Assembly (NCBI RefSeq): GCF_009914755.1
Contig: NC_060927.1
Reading direction: 5' to 3' (one strand)
From: the human T2T-CHM13v2.0 reference genome, Homo sapiens
DNA: 64,000 nt
Shown: piece by piece, positions 14,470-28,440 of the stretch
Position numbering within the stretch: position 1 is the first letter of the stretch
Layout: each line of letters opens with the position of its first letter
Notes under the pieces: model-generated
Databases searched by the model: none
The model's input: the letters and a program-made list of their open reading frames with translations, nothing else
What the model was told of the DNA's origin: nothing
Translations under genes and position numbers: made by a program

Positions 14470-16952
14470 TATAGTAGTTCATTTTGCATTGCTATAAAGG
14501 AATACCTGAGACTGGGCAATTTACAAAGAAAAGAGGTTTATTTGGCTCATGATTCTGCAGGTTGTACAAGCATGAAACCTGCATCGGCTTGGTGTCTGGT
14601 GAAGCCTCAGGAAGCTATTATTTATGGTGGGAGGTGAAGGGGAAGCAGGAATTTGACACAGCAAGAAAGGGACCAAGAGAGAAAGAATGAGGTACCAGGC
14701 CTTTTTAAACAATTAGTTCTTCTGTAAAGTAATAGAGTGAGAATTCACAGGGGATGACACCAAGCCATTCATGAGGAATCCACCCCCATGACTCAAACCC
14801 TTTCCACTAGGCCCCCATCTCCAACATTCGGGATCACATTTCAACCTGAGATTTGGAAAAGACAAAGATCCAAACTATAACCTTCTGTCCCTGGCCCCCC
14901 AAATCTCATGTTCTCACATTGCAAAATGTAATTATTCCTTCCCGATAGTTCCCAAAAGTCTCAACTCATTCTGGTATCAACTCAGAAGTCCAAAGTTCAA
15001 AGCCTCATTTGAGACTCAAGGAACTATGAGTCCTCACCTATGAACATGTAAAATCAAACCTAAGTTATTTACTTCTGAGATACAATGGTAGTACAGGCAT
15101 TGGGTAAACATTTCCATTCCAAAAGGAAGAAATCAGCCAAAAGAAAGGGGTAATAGGCTCCACACAAGTCCAAAACCCAGCAGGGAAGACATTAAACCTT
15201 AAAGCTTTGGCATTACCCTTACCTCCATGATCTGCATCCTGGGCACGCTGGTGCCAGGGCTGGGATCCCAAGGCCTTGAGCAGCTTCACTCCTGTTGCTT
15301 TTCTGGGTGCAGTCCATGTGGTTGCTGTCAAGGACTGGAATCACTTGTGGTGTTTCTAGGCTAAGGGTGCAAGCTGCAGGTGTCTCTACCATTCTAGGGT
15401 CTGGAAGGCGACAGCCCCATTCCCACAGCTCCACTAGGCAGTGCCCTACTGAGGTCTCTGTGTGGAGGCTCCAGCCTCACATTTCCCCTCAACACTGTAG
15501 TAGAAGCTCTTTGTTGGGACTCCACTCCTGTGGCATGCTTCTGCTTAGGCACCTAGGCTTTCCCAAACTTCATCTGAAATCTATGTGGAAGCTGGCAAGC
15601 CTCCTTTACTCTTGCATTCTGTACACCTGCAGGCTTAACACCACATGGAAGCCACCAAGGCTTATGGTGGCTTGAGCTCTCCAAAGTGGCAGCCCAAGCT
15701 ATACTTTGGGCCCTTTGAGCCGCAGCTGGAGCTGGGGCAGTCCAGATGCAGGGAGCAGCTTCTTGAAGTAGCACAGGCCAGTGGCATCCCAGGGCTTGCC
15801 CATTCTTTCTTCCTAAGCTTCTGTCTGGGCCCATTATGGGAGGGATTGTCCCAGAGGCTTCTGAAATGTCTTTGAAGCCTTTTCTCCATTGGCTTGGATA
15901 TTAGCACCTGGCTTTCTTTCAGTCACGCAAGTTTCTCTAGCAGTGTTTGTTCCGTAGTCCATTTGTATTCCACTCCTGATGATGCGTTTGTCCTTCTCTG
16001 CCACACAGGATGGCTGCAATTATTTTAAATTGTTATGCACTGCTTCTCTTTTAATTATATGTTCCAACTTTAAGTCATTCCTGTGGTCTCACATCTGATG
16101 AGGGCTATTAGAAGCAAACATGTTATCTCTTGAACACTTTGCTACTTAGAAATTTCTTCCACCGGGTACTCTAGGCCATCAATCTTAAGTTCAACTTTCC
16201 ACAAATCTCTAGGGCATGAATACAATGTAGCCAAGCTTTTTGCTAAGGCATAACAAGGGTTACCTTTACTTCATTTTCCAATAACTTCCTCATTTCCATC
16301 TGAGACTTCATAAGCCTAGCCTTCATTGTCCATATTTCTATCAGCATTTTGGACATAACCATTTAAGCAACCTCTAAGAAGTTTCAAACTTCCTCTCATC
16401 TTCCTGTTTTCTTCTGAGCCCTCCAAACTCTTCCAACCTCTGCCTGTTACCTAGTTCTGAAGTTGCTTTCATATTTTCAAGTATCTTTATAGCCATACCA
16501 AACTCCTGGTACCAATTTTCTATATTAGTCCAATTTCCATTGCTATAAAGGAATATCTGAGACTAAGTAATTTATAAAGTGTTTTTTGTTTTTTTTTTTT
16601 TTGGCGGGGGTGCTTATGTTTCTGTAGGCTGTAGAAGCATGAAACCAGCATCTTCTCAGTGTCTGGTGGGGCCTCAGGAAGCTATCACTCATGGTGGAAA
16701 GTGAAGAGGGAGCAGGCATATCACACAGAAAGACAGAACATGAGAGAGAAGAGGAGGTCCCAGGCTCTTTTCAATGAGTTCTTGTGTGAACTAATACAGT
16801 GATAATTCACCCATCACTCAGGGGATGGCACCAAGCCATCTATGTGGAATCTGTCCCCATGGCCCAAACCTCTTCCAGTAGGCGCAGCCTCCAACATTAG
16901 GGATCACATTTCAACGTGAGATTTTGAGAGGACAAACATCCAAACTATATCA
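14470..16952 (-). mobile_element. Complete MSTB-type MaLR (LTR-int-LTR)
   Basis: Two homologous ~420-bp LTRs (14470-14882, 16521-16952) flanking 1.64 kb of MST-int; minus-strand ORFs 15065-16019 are pieces of the decayed MaLR ORF. Confidence 0.92.
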
Positions 16953-17384
16953 GAAATAAACTTCCTCAACCTGATAAAGAAAATCTACACAAAAACCTAC
17001 ATTTAACATTATACTTAATGGTGAAAGGTCAAATGCTTTTTACCTAAAGTAAAGAACAAGTCAAGCATGTCCACTTTTACCAATTTTCTTTACAATTGTA
17101 CTTGACCCACAGCAGTAAGTCAAGAAAAAAATCTAAAAGTACCCAGGTTGGAAAGGAAAAAACAAAACTGTAATTATTCATATATTGTATGATCAACTGT
17201 GTAGAAACTCTGATGGAATCTATAATACAAGCTACTGGAAGTAATAAGTTAGTACAGCAAGGTTAAGAGATACAAGACAGATATAAAAATTAATTTAACT
17301 TCTGCATACTACCAACAAAAGTTGAGATAGAAAGAATAATGTCATTTACAATAGCATCAAAAAATACTCAGTACTCAGGGATAT

Positions 17385-17739
<355 letters not shown>

Positions 17740-18300
17740 TTAGGCTAATTGTAATTAAAGATAGCTTAAATAAATGAAAAGTTATATTATGTTTATGAAG
17801 CAGAATACTCAGTAGTTAATAAGTTAATTTTTTCCGTATCTAGATTTACCAAAATATCAATGAAAAATCCCAGCATGAATATCTTGAAGAACTTGACAAG
17901 CTGATACTAAAATTCATATATAAATGGAAAGAATTTAGAATAGGGAAAACAACTGTTTAAAAAAAGTAAATTTGGAGTACTAACACTACCTGATTTTGAG
18001 GCTTGTTATACAGCTACAGATATTAAGCTTTTATGACAACATTAAAGTAGACAAATATATAAATGTAACAAAAAAGAGAGTCCAAAAATATCCCCACACA
18101 TGTATGGTCAATTGGTGGTGCAAAAGCAATTCAGTAGAGAAAGGATTATCTTTTAACTAAGCTGAAACAATTGTATTTCCATAAATAAAAATGGAACTCA
18201 AATTCATATTTTATATAATATGGAAAGTTTAACTCAAAATTACTAATAGACCTAAATGCATAATTTAAAATTATAAAACATCTAGGAGAAGAAAAGAGAA

Positions 18301-18860
<560 letters not shown>

Positions 18861-19197
18861 TAAAATAGCATTACATGTACATTCACCAGCATGTTTAAAA
18901 TTAAAGGAATAATCACACCATGTATTGGTGTAAGTGTGGAGAAACTGGAACTCTCATTCACTGCTAATAGGAATATAAAATGGCATAACCACTGTGTGCC
19001 AACCACATCTTAGAAATTTCTTAAAAGTTTAAACATACATCTGCTATATGACCCACCTTTCCATTCACATGTATTTACCTCCCCTCCAATGAAAACATGT
19101 GTGGATACAAAGACTTATACATGAATATTCATATCAGCTTTTTCTGGAGTAACCACACATTGGGAAAAAGAAGTGTCCACCAACAGGTAAAAGAGCT

Positions 19198-19367
19198 TGG
19201 CAGATGACAATGTGGTGTGAGGCTATTTGGAAGGCTGAGGTGGGAAGATCACTGGAACTTAGGAGTTTGAGGCAATAGTGAGCTATGATCACACCACTGC
19301 ACTCCAGCTTGCATCACAGAGAGGGATCTTGTCTCTAAAAAGAAAACGACAACAACAACAACGAAAA
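19198..19367 (+). mobile_element. Alu right-arm monomer (FRAM/AluJ)
   Basis: ggaaggctgaggtgggaagatcac...cactgcactccagc; (caa)n tail; TSD acaggt(a/g)aaag. Confidence 0.85.
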
Positions 19368-19767
19368 TACAGGTGAAAGGATAAGCAAGTTGGGACTTAT
19401 CCATACAGTGAAATATTTTATAGTAATAAAAAGGAATGAACTATTGATATCATCAACATGAATGAGTTTCAAAATAATTAAAAACAGGAAATACTGTTTG
19501 GTTCCTGTGGAATCCTGATAAGTAAGCAACAGTGAGGAAGGGGTCCCAGATGGAGGAGGGTCCCAGGTAGGGGAGAACAATGAACAATTGTTCTGAGAAA
19601 TGGCTAATCACAAACAACTGGCACAACCACTTTGCTCTGCCACATAGCCCCAGCAGCACAAACTCATTCCGCATTAGCCTCCTCCAGCACAACTCTATAA
19701 AACTTTCCTCCAGCCCCCATCTCTTGTCAGACAGGTCCTTCTCTGCTGTGCTGTCTATTGCACTCTG

Positions 19768-20136
19768 TGTATTAGTCTGTTCTCACACTGCTATAAAGAA
19801 ATAGCTAAGACTGGGTAATGTATAAAGGAAAGAGGTTTAATTGACTCACAGTTCCACATGGCTGGGGAGGCATCAGGAAACTTACAATCATGGCAGAAGA
19901 TGAAGGGGAAGCAAGCACCTTCTTCACATGGTAGCAGGAGAAAGAAGAGTGAGCAGAGGAAATGTCAGATGCTTATGAAACCATCAGATCTTGTGAGAAC
20001 TCACTCACTATCACAAGAACAGCATGGGGCAACTACCCCCATGATTCAGTCACCTCCCACCAGGTGTCTTCCTCAACACCCGGAGATTATAATTCAAGAT
20101 GAGATTTACGTGAGGACACAAAGCCAAACCATATCA
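19768..20136 (-). mobile_element. THE1D solo LTR inside the ERV1 5' LTR
   Basis: tgtattagtctgttctcacactgctataaag...agccaaaccatatca; absent from the 3' LTR copy. Confidence 0.92.
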
Positions 20137-20255
20137 CCCTTGCAACATATTTTCATACTTTCTCTAATAAATCTGCCTTTCTTTACCTGAAACTGACCTG
20201 GTAAATTATTTACCACTGATGAGACCCGGCCCAGCTAGTAGCATCGGCAACATTT

Positions 20256-20273
20256 TGGTGGCCTGCTGGGGGA
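20256..20273 (+). promoter_or_regulatory. Primer binding site, tRNA-Ile(AAU)-like
   Basis: TGGTGGCCTGCTGGGGGA vs expected TGGTGGCCCGTACGGGGA (14/18). Confidence 0.65.
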
Positions 20274-20999
20274 CTTCTTCCCTGCTTTGGTCTCCTCCAA
20301 CTCCAAATTTTAAGTGGACAGCATCCAAGCCTGAAGACAAATAAAGGTCCAGGCCACTCCTTGGTGGACCAGAAGGCCCTGGTGGAAAGATGCCTGATAA
20401 CTACTGCCCCATTGAGTGAGAGTTCAGAATTTGCTTTCATTTTTAGTTTTCCAGTAGACAAATTCTAGTACCCCTTTGGCAATTGTTAGCAACTGGCCAG
20501 GGCCACTTGCTAGTGTAGCCTGAAGGCCAGGGGGTGAAAAAGTTTGGCTGCCTTGCCTGGAAGGGAGAAAGGCTCTCTCCTATTCTTTCTGGTCAAAAGT
20601 CCCCTGTCCCTAGGTATAGTGCAATTGGCAGTGGAAGCTTAATCAGGGCAAATCTACACACGTTTTGGGGGACTCAGAACCCCCCTTTCTCACTCTAAAC
20701 TCTCCCAGAAAGACAGTCAGCCATCCTGCTCTGGATGTCTTAAGCCAGGTGATCCCAAACAGCATGATCTTTCCTCATGCTGAGGGAAGGTGATGAGTCT
20801 TCCCTCAGACTTCTCCCCTCATACCTGGATTGAGCACCCAGCATACTTTGTACCTGGACTGACCTGGTGTCTCTCACCCTCTGTTCATCTAGAGTAAGGT
20901 CCTAGTACTGGGAGATCCTTTCCAACAGGTGGGATGTCTCTTCAGAAAGTGCATCTCAAAGTTGCTCAGTGGACTATAGTGGAGCCCTCTTCCTTCAGT

Positions 21000-21650
21000 T
21001 AGAAGCCTTGAGAAAAATTGACAGGGCTAAGGAGAAAAAAAAACGTAGGGACAAGAGGCAGGCTCAATTGCTGGCTGCTTCACAAATGTCCAGCCCACTC
21101 CAGCTTGCCCTAAGGACACTCATCCAGGTAACTGACACAGGTTCAGACAGACACTGGAAGGCAAACTGTACCAATAGGACAAATGGGAAAAAGCCCTGCA
21201 CAGCTAGCCTTATCTGCCACAAGCTCAGCCACTGGAAATGGAACTGCCCTGAGAACCAAAGGGTCCCTGAGACAGAATCCCAATCCCTCATGGCCTTGAG
21301 CTGAAGGGGCTTTCTGCTCTACTGGCTTCCAAATCAAACATTGTCATCAATATGAGAAAGCCAAGGTCAATACAGGAGGTAACAAGTAAGATTATAAATT
21401 TTCCTTTGGTCTCAAGAGGTGCCTACTCTGTACTGATTACCTTCTCTGAGTAACTATCCTCCAAATCCTGTCTAATAATGGAGGCAAATGGCACCCCTCC
21501 CTCTAAAAGAAAACATTCACACCCTTTTATATTACTTAAGGAACCAATTACCATTCTCCCACCAGTTCCTGGTAATGTCTAAGTACCCCACACACCTTTG
21601 GGGCAAAAATATAATTTCCAAGATGGGTGCCTGCTTAATATTCACCCAAC
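21000..21650 (+). pseudogene. Decayed ERV gag nucleocapsid and protease
   Basis: ...RHWKANC...SLICHKLSHWKWNC (two CCHC-knuckle remnants); TGA at 21302-21304; then GAYSVL and HQFLVMSKYPTHLWGKNIISKMG protease-like motifs. Confidence 0.8.
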
Positions 21651-23422
21651 ATCTGAATTCATTTTTCCTTCTAATAGCCTTATTTCTCCTGGGAAAGCTA
21701 CCTAAATCTTTAATGAATAACTTCAACCTAGATAGTCTTACCTCAAGGGATTAAAATAGGCCACACTTATTCAGACAAGCCTAGCAATAAATCAGAGCAA
21801 TCTTCTGATGGGGGATAACTTCTACAATATGTATAAAATTTTATTTGCTTCCCCTTTACAGGGCTCACACAGCAACATGCAATACAAACTTTAACTTCCT
21901 AACAAAAGGAAGATAATTTTTGTCTAATTCAGAGGTTATTTTAAAGTTATATATAAAAACAAGGTAAAAGAAACCAGGAAATAAGAGAGACATAAAGAAG
22001 GTTATAAACATAAAGAGCTATTTTTAGAAAGGAAGGTTATAAAAAAGAGATTTTACATGAGAAAGGATCTTGTATGGTAAGTTCTTGTCCTAAAGTAAAA
22101 TGACTAGTTGTTTAAGAAAGAGAGATGTTTAGGACAAGTCAGAAAATCCAAGCATGTCATGGATGGTCTGTGTAAGTAATGAGAAAATTCATGGAAGGAA
22201 ATTTGTAAAAGGAGTATTGTACACAATTAAGGTATAATATTTTCTCTAAAACTGGTTCCACATTCTGTGTCTAATTAAATTCAAACACTTTTTCACCAAG
22301 TTTCACTTCCAGGTTATCTAAATGGGTTTCCAATAAAGAGAAATAGTCACACTGCAAAAGGTTTTTCTTTGCCTTTTCAGTAACTGGCTTAAGAAACAAA
22401 ATTTTACTTTCTATAATTCAGCAGTTTCACCTTCAAAAGATGCTGTGAACAGGATATAAGTCTCTTCCCAGTGATGCCTGCTACCTTTACAAATCTCTCC
22501 TGGATTCACCTGGACACCAGTTTTGCCTTGACATGCTCCTCTGTCTCTGATGAGTCCTTTCCTCCAAGAAGATCCAATATCCTAAGTCCCACAATCTGAG
22601 ACAGTGACGCACAGGACCTCCTGACAGACCAACACTCTTAGGTAGGGTCAACTCTATGGTCCAGGCCAGCAGGAAGTAGTTGGAAGATGAGACCTTTTCC
22701 CTGATGCAAAAGATTTGTCATTGTTGTTTTGTCAGAGGAGGAATGTGTTATTCTAATAAGTAAGTAACAATGAGGAAGGGGCCCCAGGTGAAGAAGGGCT
22801 ACTGATGGGGGAGGGCTACAGGTGGGGGAGAAAGATGAACAATTATTCTGAAAAATGGCTAAATCACATGCATCCCTCTGACACAACTACATTGCTCTGC
22901 ATGTAGCCCCCTCCAGCATGACCTTATAAAACTTCCCTCCAGACCCCACCTCTTAGCAGAGAGCTCCTTCTCTGCTGTGCTGCCTATTGCACCCTTGCAA
23001 TGTACTTTCATACTTTCTCTTAAAAACCTGCCTTTTTTTTACCTACAACTGTCTTGGTAAATTCCTTTATTAGCCATGACTCCAGCCCCAGCTAATTGCA
23101 CCCACAACAGTTCCACTTATATAAAAATCTTAAAAATGCAAACTAATTTATTGTAACAGGAAGCCAATCAGTTGCTGCCTGTGTATCATGTTGGCATGGA
23201 AAGGTGGAAGGGAGAAATTACCAAAGGGCAAGAGAAAATTTGGGGGGAATGAGAGATAAGTTAATTATTTTGATTGTGGTATTGGTTTTATGGGTGTATA
23301 CATATGATAAAACTTTTCAAAGACTATTATATAAATATGCACATTTTACCATATGTCTGGTATATCTTTAAAAAGCAATTAAAATAAAAGAGAAAAACAG
23401 TCCTTGCTCTCAAGGAGCTTTC

Positions 23423-23703
23423 TTTTTTTCCCCCCCAGAGACAACAACTGCTCTGTTGCCCAGGTGGAGAGCAATGCAAGATCCTAGCTTACTGCATCCT
23501 CAAGCTCCAAGGGATACTTCCCACTTCAGCCTCCTGAGTAGCTGCAGCTGCAAACACACACCCCCACACTTAGTTAATACTTTCATTTTTTGTAAAGACG
23601 GGGTCTTGCAATGTTGCCCAGCCTGGTCTTGAATTCCTGGCTTCAAGCTGTCCTCACACCTTAGCCTCCTAAAGCACTGGGATAATGGTCACTACTTACA
23701 GCC
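23423..23703 (-). mobile_element. Diverged AluJ
   Basis: Reverse Alu; perfect TSD tcaaggagctttc at 23410-23422 and 23704-23716. Confidence 0.9.
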
Positions 23704-26016
23704 TCAAGGAGCTTTCACTGTTGACTCTTTTGGGAGGGTTACATGGTTCTACAACAGCTTTTTAGCAAATACATTCCAATTTAAATACTATTGCATTTTA
23801 TAGGGTAAATAAAAGCATTTGTCAATTTAACAAATAGAAATTCATTTTTCTTTATTTATGTACACAATCTGCCAGACTCTTTTGTATTTAGTATTCCTAA
23901 TGAAAACATTGTTAGCCTTCTAAGAATCACAATGTGTATAAACATGATGTCTAAGAAATAATGCCCTGAGGCAGATTCTGACCTTTCTCTGGTAGATAAA
24001 ATTCTATATGGCTTATGTTCTATGAATTTCACAGCCAGTATAAGAATTAGCCACTTGGGAATTTACTACAGAATCAAATGTGACATCATAGTGTGTTTAA
24101 ATCAAGAAGTAGTTTATTTTTCAACTTCATAAGTCTTCCGAGTGAAAGATAAGTTTTATTTGAGTGTTATGGCTTTTATATGCTGTGTAGAAAGCTCAAA
24201 TTTAACCCCATAAAGAATTGCAAGCTGCTAGTTCATTTTGCTTCTTTTTGTCATTCACACATTTATATCATCATTAATCTCAAAAGAAAGATTGTTCTTC
24301 CAATCATCCCATCTTCCTTTGCTGCTTTTACCCTTGCTGCTCCTTCTGTTCTGGCCCATAAGATGTTCTTTCCTATTTCCTCTCCCTTCTTAATCTGCCT
24401 CCCTAACTTTCCCCAACTCACTCCCATGTTCCCTCCTTATTCCCCATCAACCTTAGAACTAACCAACTTGGGAATGAATATTTGGGAAAAACCTATTCAC
24501 ACAAAGAAATAACTAGTTGTTATATACATATATTGAACAAACACAATTTCTCACATATTAAAGTACAACTTTATTTTAATATTTTATGAATTTTTTTCAT
24601 TGAGATTAATATATCTCTCCCCAGATAGAAACAGTAAGATTTCATGAATTTTGTTCTCACTCTCATATACAAACTTAGTCCAATAATTAGTGTCTAGTAG
24701 AAGGTATTACTCAATACTTTGATTTTCTTCCAAAGTTAAACCGTTCATTTTCTTTACATAAGCTAAAACCTGTAGTTAGTGTTTACCTGCACCATCGTAC
24801 AAGAATTATGATTCAATTTCTTTCCTTTTTTATAACAACTTCTTCATTTGATTGCTGCTATGTCAGACGATTTTAGGTTCGTGAATAGGAGAGGGAGAAA
24901 AGGTGAGAGACAGAGCTTTCTTTATGAGGCTGGGTGGTTTCCCACTCTATGGGTCTGACTGATGGTTAAAAGTCAACCCTCAGTGGGTATTTAAGGGTTC
25001 TTTTGAGATTCCTATCAATAGGCCCATTCTCAGGAAATTTCTCTGACTCCAGATGGAGACTATTCTATACTCAGTGGTCCATTGCAAATCATTCTGCTAA
25101 CTCTAGGATCCAAATTCACCTTCAGCTTCATATTGCAACCCCTAGGTCCCCCTTTTGAAAATGATCCAAGGCAGTAGTATATGCGTTCTTTGTTCTTAGT
25201 GGTCCATTTGGAGTATGAGAAATTCTCATGTATTCCTTGCATCTACAAGGTGAATCTTCCTTGTAAAATCCTTATATAGGCTTTCTTTTCAAACCCAATT
25301 TGGAATCCAATATCTGTCATATTGGCTTTTAAGTTGAAACTTCAATTTTGACCTCTATTACATTAATTAGGCTTAAAGTCTTACATCTTTTATGCCCATT
25401 TGTACCTTAAAAACAATCACTCCTTAAGACATTCAAAGGAATCTCTATCTGTAGATTTTCAGATCTTACTGAGACTTTGCATTCTATATGCTCCCACATA
25501 GAAGGTGTTTAGAGAAACAAAAATTCTTCCTAGAAGTGTAGAAATTATTCCACAAAGGCCGCTGCAGTAAGCTTTAGCTTATCCTAAATTTTAACTAGAA
25601 AAAAAAAAAGAAATTGTAATTGCATTATAGAAGTGAAAAATCTATTTCCTTCCTTCCCTTTCCCCAGTGCATACTTGGCCTATAGGAATTATGCAAAATG
25701 GTGGCAAGCTCTGAGAGTTACTATTCTGTCTTCTTCATGGAAAAGATGGTTGTAAGGCAGAGGCATCCCAAGTAGAAACAAAACTCCAATGCCCAACCAG
25801 AAGATAGACTGTTTGCATAGCGGGACTATCATAACGCCAAGCATACACTAATTTGCCTATGGCTCGAACTACCCGAGTAGCCTAGATCAAGAGATAAGCC
25901 ATGATCAGAGCCATATAGTGGGCATTGGTCACAACTCTGGGCAGGATCCTGGTGGCTACAAAAGTCAGAAAAATGATGAGCAGTTTGATCTAGGTAGAAT
26001 ATTATGGCATTCTTAC

Positions 26017-26093
26017 CTCTCCATATGTAAATACAGAATGCAGCAGCTGGAAATGGATCATCAAAAGGGTTGGATCCAGGTGAAGGCAGACAG
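26017..26093 (-). other. Candidate 77-nt exon
   Basis: Minus strand: ttctctggcaccctctttcctAG|CTGTCT...GGAGAG|GTAAGA. Confidence 0.25.
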
Positions 26094-28259
26094 CTAGGAA
26101 AGAGGGTGCCAGAGAACTATGAGAGGGAATGGAAGTTCATAGAAGTTACTCAAAGTTCAAATTTCCTATTTAAACCATACAACACTGAGAAACTAATAAA
26201 AATGTATATTTAAGGTGATACTTCTAATGATAGCTTTTGTCTACATTCCTACTGGTAGAGAGAAAGGTCTCAAAATTTCCATCATTACTTTGGACCAACA
26301 GGTAAGTTTATCAATTTATTCACAACAAATTCAAGAAAGATTATTTTCTTGTATTCTTAGAATGATTTTTTAAAAATCCCTTTAAATTCTTCTGGATTAC
26401 ATTTATTTTTATTAAATCTTGTTGAAGATGAGAATGACTTTTGGCCCATGCAAAGCTGACAAAATGTTGGCACAAATCTGCAGGTCTGAACTCTAGTATG
26501 TAAAGTAGAACTGACATTCAAATTCCTACATATTTTAATAATACTCAACTGTTGTGCCCGAGTCATCTATATATGAATAAAAACAAGTGAGTAGAGAAAT
26601 TGCAGAAAAATTAATTGTGTCTACATAGAAGTATCTGCTTATTTTTCTCTAATTAACCTAAGTGGAAGAGTTCTTGTTGTGACTGGTGCTATTTCACAGG
26701 AATTGACTTAATCTTTTGGAAAAATGAAGATGGAGGAGAAAAATTTGGAAATAGGGCTTTTACCTTCCAACGATGTAGACCTCACTTATTTAGAAAGCCT
26801 TCAACACTTTGCCAAAATTTATTTTGTTTGTTTTCTTTTGTTCTGGCTAAAAACTAACTAACTATCCTATGTACCTGTACAAAGTGTCTTATTTCCTCCC
26901 CTGTTCTTACGTTCAACTCAGGGATAGAAGTGTGCCAAATATACTATTGAGAAAGAGTTTGCTAAGTCTTTGGGAAGCTTCAGGATAAAAAGTATTAAAT
27001 TACAAATACACATATTACTAAAATATCAAGCTTCAAGTTTGTGGTCCTCTCCTTCCCCAGCCATCACCTCCACCACCCATTTCCTCTATAGAATTTCTAA
27101 TCAAGAGCAGCCAGCCAAAGAGTCATGGAAAAGGTGTTAAAGCCAAAGTTGAGTTCTAGGACCTCTGCTGTACACCCTGTTTCCTCTAAAAATGTACGGC
27201 TTGAATTCTTTGGTATAAGTAATGCATATTTTATGTGATAGATGAAATTTTGAAGCCTGGGAGTGATATACGTATCATAAGACAGTCAAAGTGTAAAAAT
27301 GTTTTTGTGATTTCAAGTTGCTGATTTGTGTGTTCTGCACAGCATAAGATCATAGTTGGCCATCTCCCTATATGTGCATCATATTTCTATATGTTTGTAA
27401 AATATGAATCTGCATCTTCTCTCAGGATTAAAACTTTTTTAAAAAGCTTTTCTGTAACACCTATTTTCGATCAGACCTGACACATATATTTATCATAAAT
27501 ATTTCTGTAAAACGAATTTAATATTTAAAATGCAATTTTTAAAGGTTAAAAGCAAGTCACTGGATATTCAGTAACATATCCAAAATGATCTTAAGTATAC
27601 ATATACTTAGGCACCACATTTTAAACTCCTGTTATTACAGTAACTAGTCACAAAATGGCTCCCTATTTATGCAATATGTTAGCTGTAATGTTACTTAAAT
27701 TGAACAGACGAGTGCCTTCTAATAATGTATGTTTACTTCATGAACTTGTGGGCAATTACATTATAATTATGTCTTTGTAGGTGCTTTTTACTGACATATA
27801 GAGCGCCAGTGCATTTTAAGTGTAATTGCAGTTCTCTGTACCATTTAGCAAAGCTGAAAATCGTTAAAGGTTTGTAAATTACCTACATTTAGACCATAGG
27901 CAACTAGGCAAATTAAGTGACACTGTCAGTAATGTTACAACATAAATTGGTACCAAGTATAAATTCAAGGTAGACTTTCTTTTCTAAATTAGAATGTTGT
28001 TTATAGAATGTATTCTAAAAAAAAAAAAGATAAGCAAAAAATAAAGAAAATGCATGTGGCTCATTGACAGGATAGGTCAGCCTTTTAAGACACACGAGAA
28101 ACAATGACTGGTCTAAAATATTACAATTAAAATTGTAAAGCTGTTTAAAATTAGGAATTAGAGTTGGTTCTATGGTACCCAGAGAAAATAAGATATTTGC
28201 CTCCTGATGCCCATGATGGCTTTGGGAAAGATGCTACTATGTACACTTTTCATGAAACT

Positions 28260-28440
28260 ATGCAGAAAAGTGGGAAAACCCCAGCATTTGGAGTTGAACA
28301 GGATTCTATCACTTTTAATTTGCATGGCCTGGTTCAAGTCACTTAATTCTTGAGCCTCAGGTTTTTAATCTTAAAAATGGGAATAATAATAGCCAGCTTC
28401 AAAGGGCTACTGTGAGGATAAGGACAAAATAATTTTTGTG
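28260..28440 (+). mobile_element. MIR SINE
   Basis: caagtcacttaattcttgagcctcagg...aaaatgggaataataatag...gtgaggat. Confidence 0.8.

Larger units (their letters stand above)
19506..23109 (+). mobile_element. Two-LTR non-autonomous ERV1 provirus (LTRs tentatively MER87-like)
   Basis: TG...CA LTRs at 19506-20252 and 22744-23109; perfect 5-bp TSD GTTCC; PBS after the 5' LTR; purine tract agaggaggaa before the 3' LTR; gag-pro remnant. Confidence 0.9.

Noticed and set aside
19838-20053. DUX4 sites in THE1D
   Set aside because: The usual TGATTCAATTA position reads TGATTCAGTCA, and TAATTGACTCA is mismatched; no intact TAAYBBAATCA
27592-27609. 8-bp palindrome taagtata-ca-tatactta
   Set aside because: Short and AT-rich; expected by chance in 64 kb
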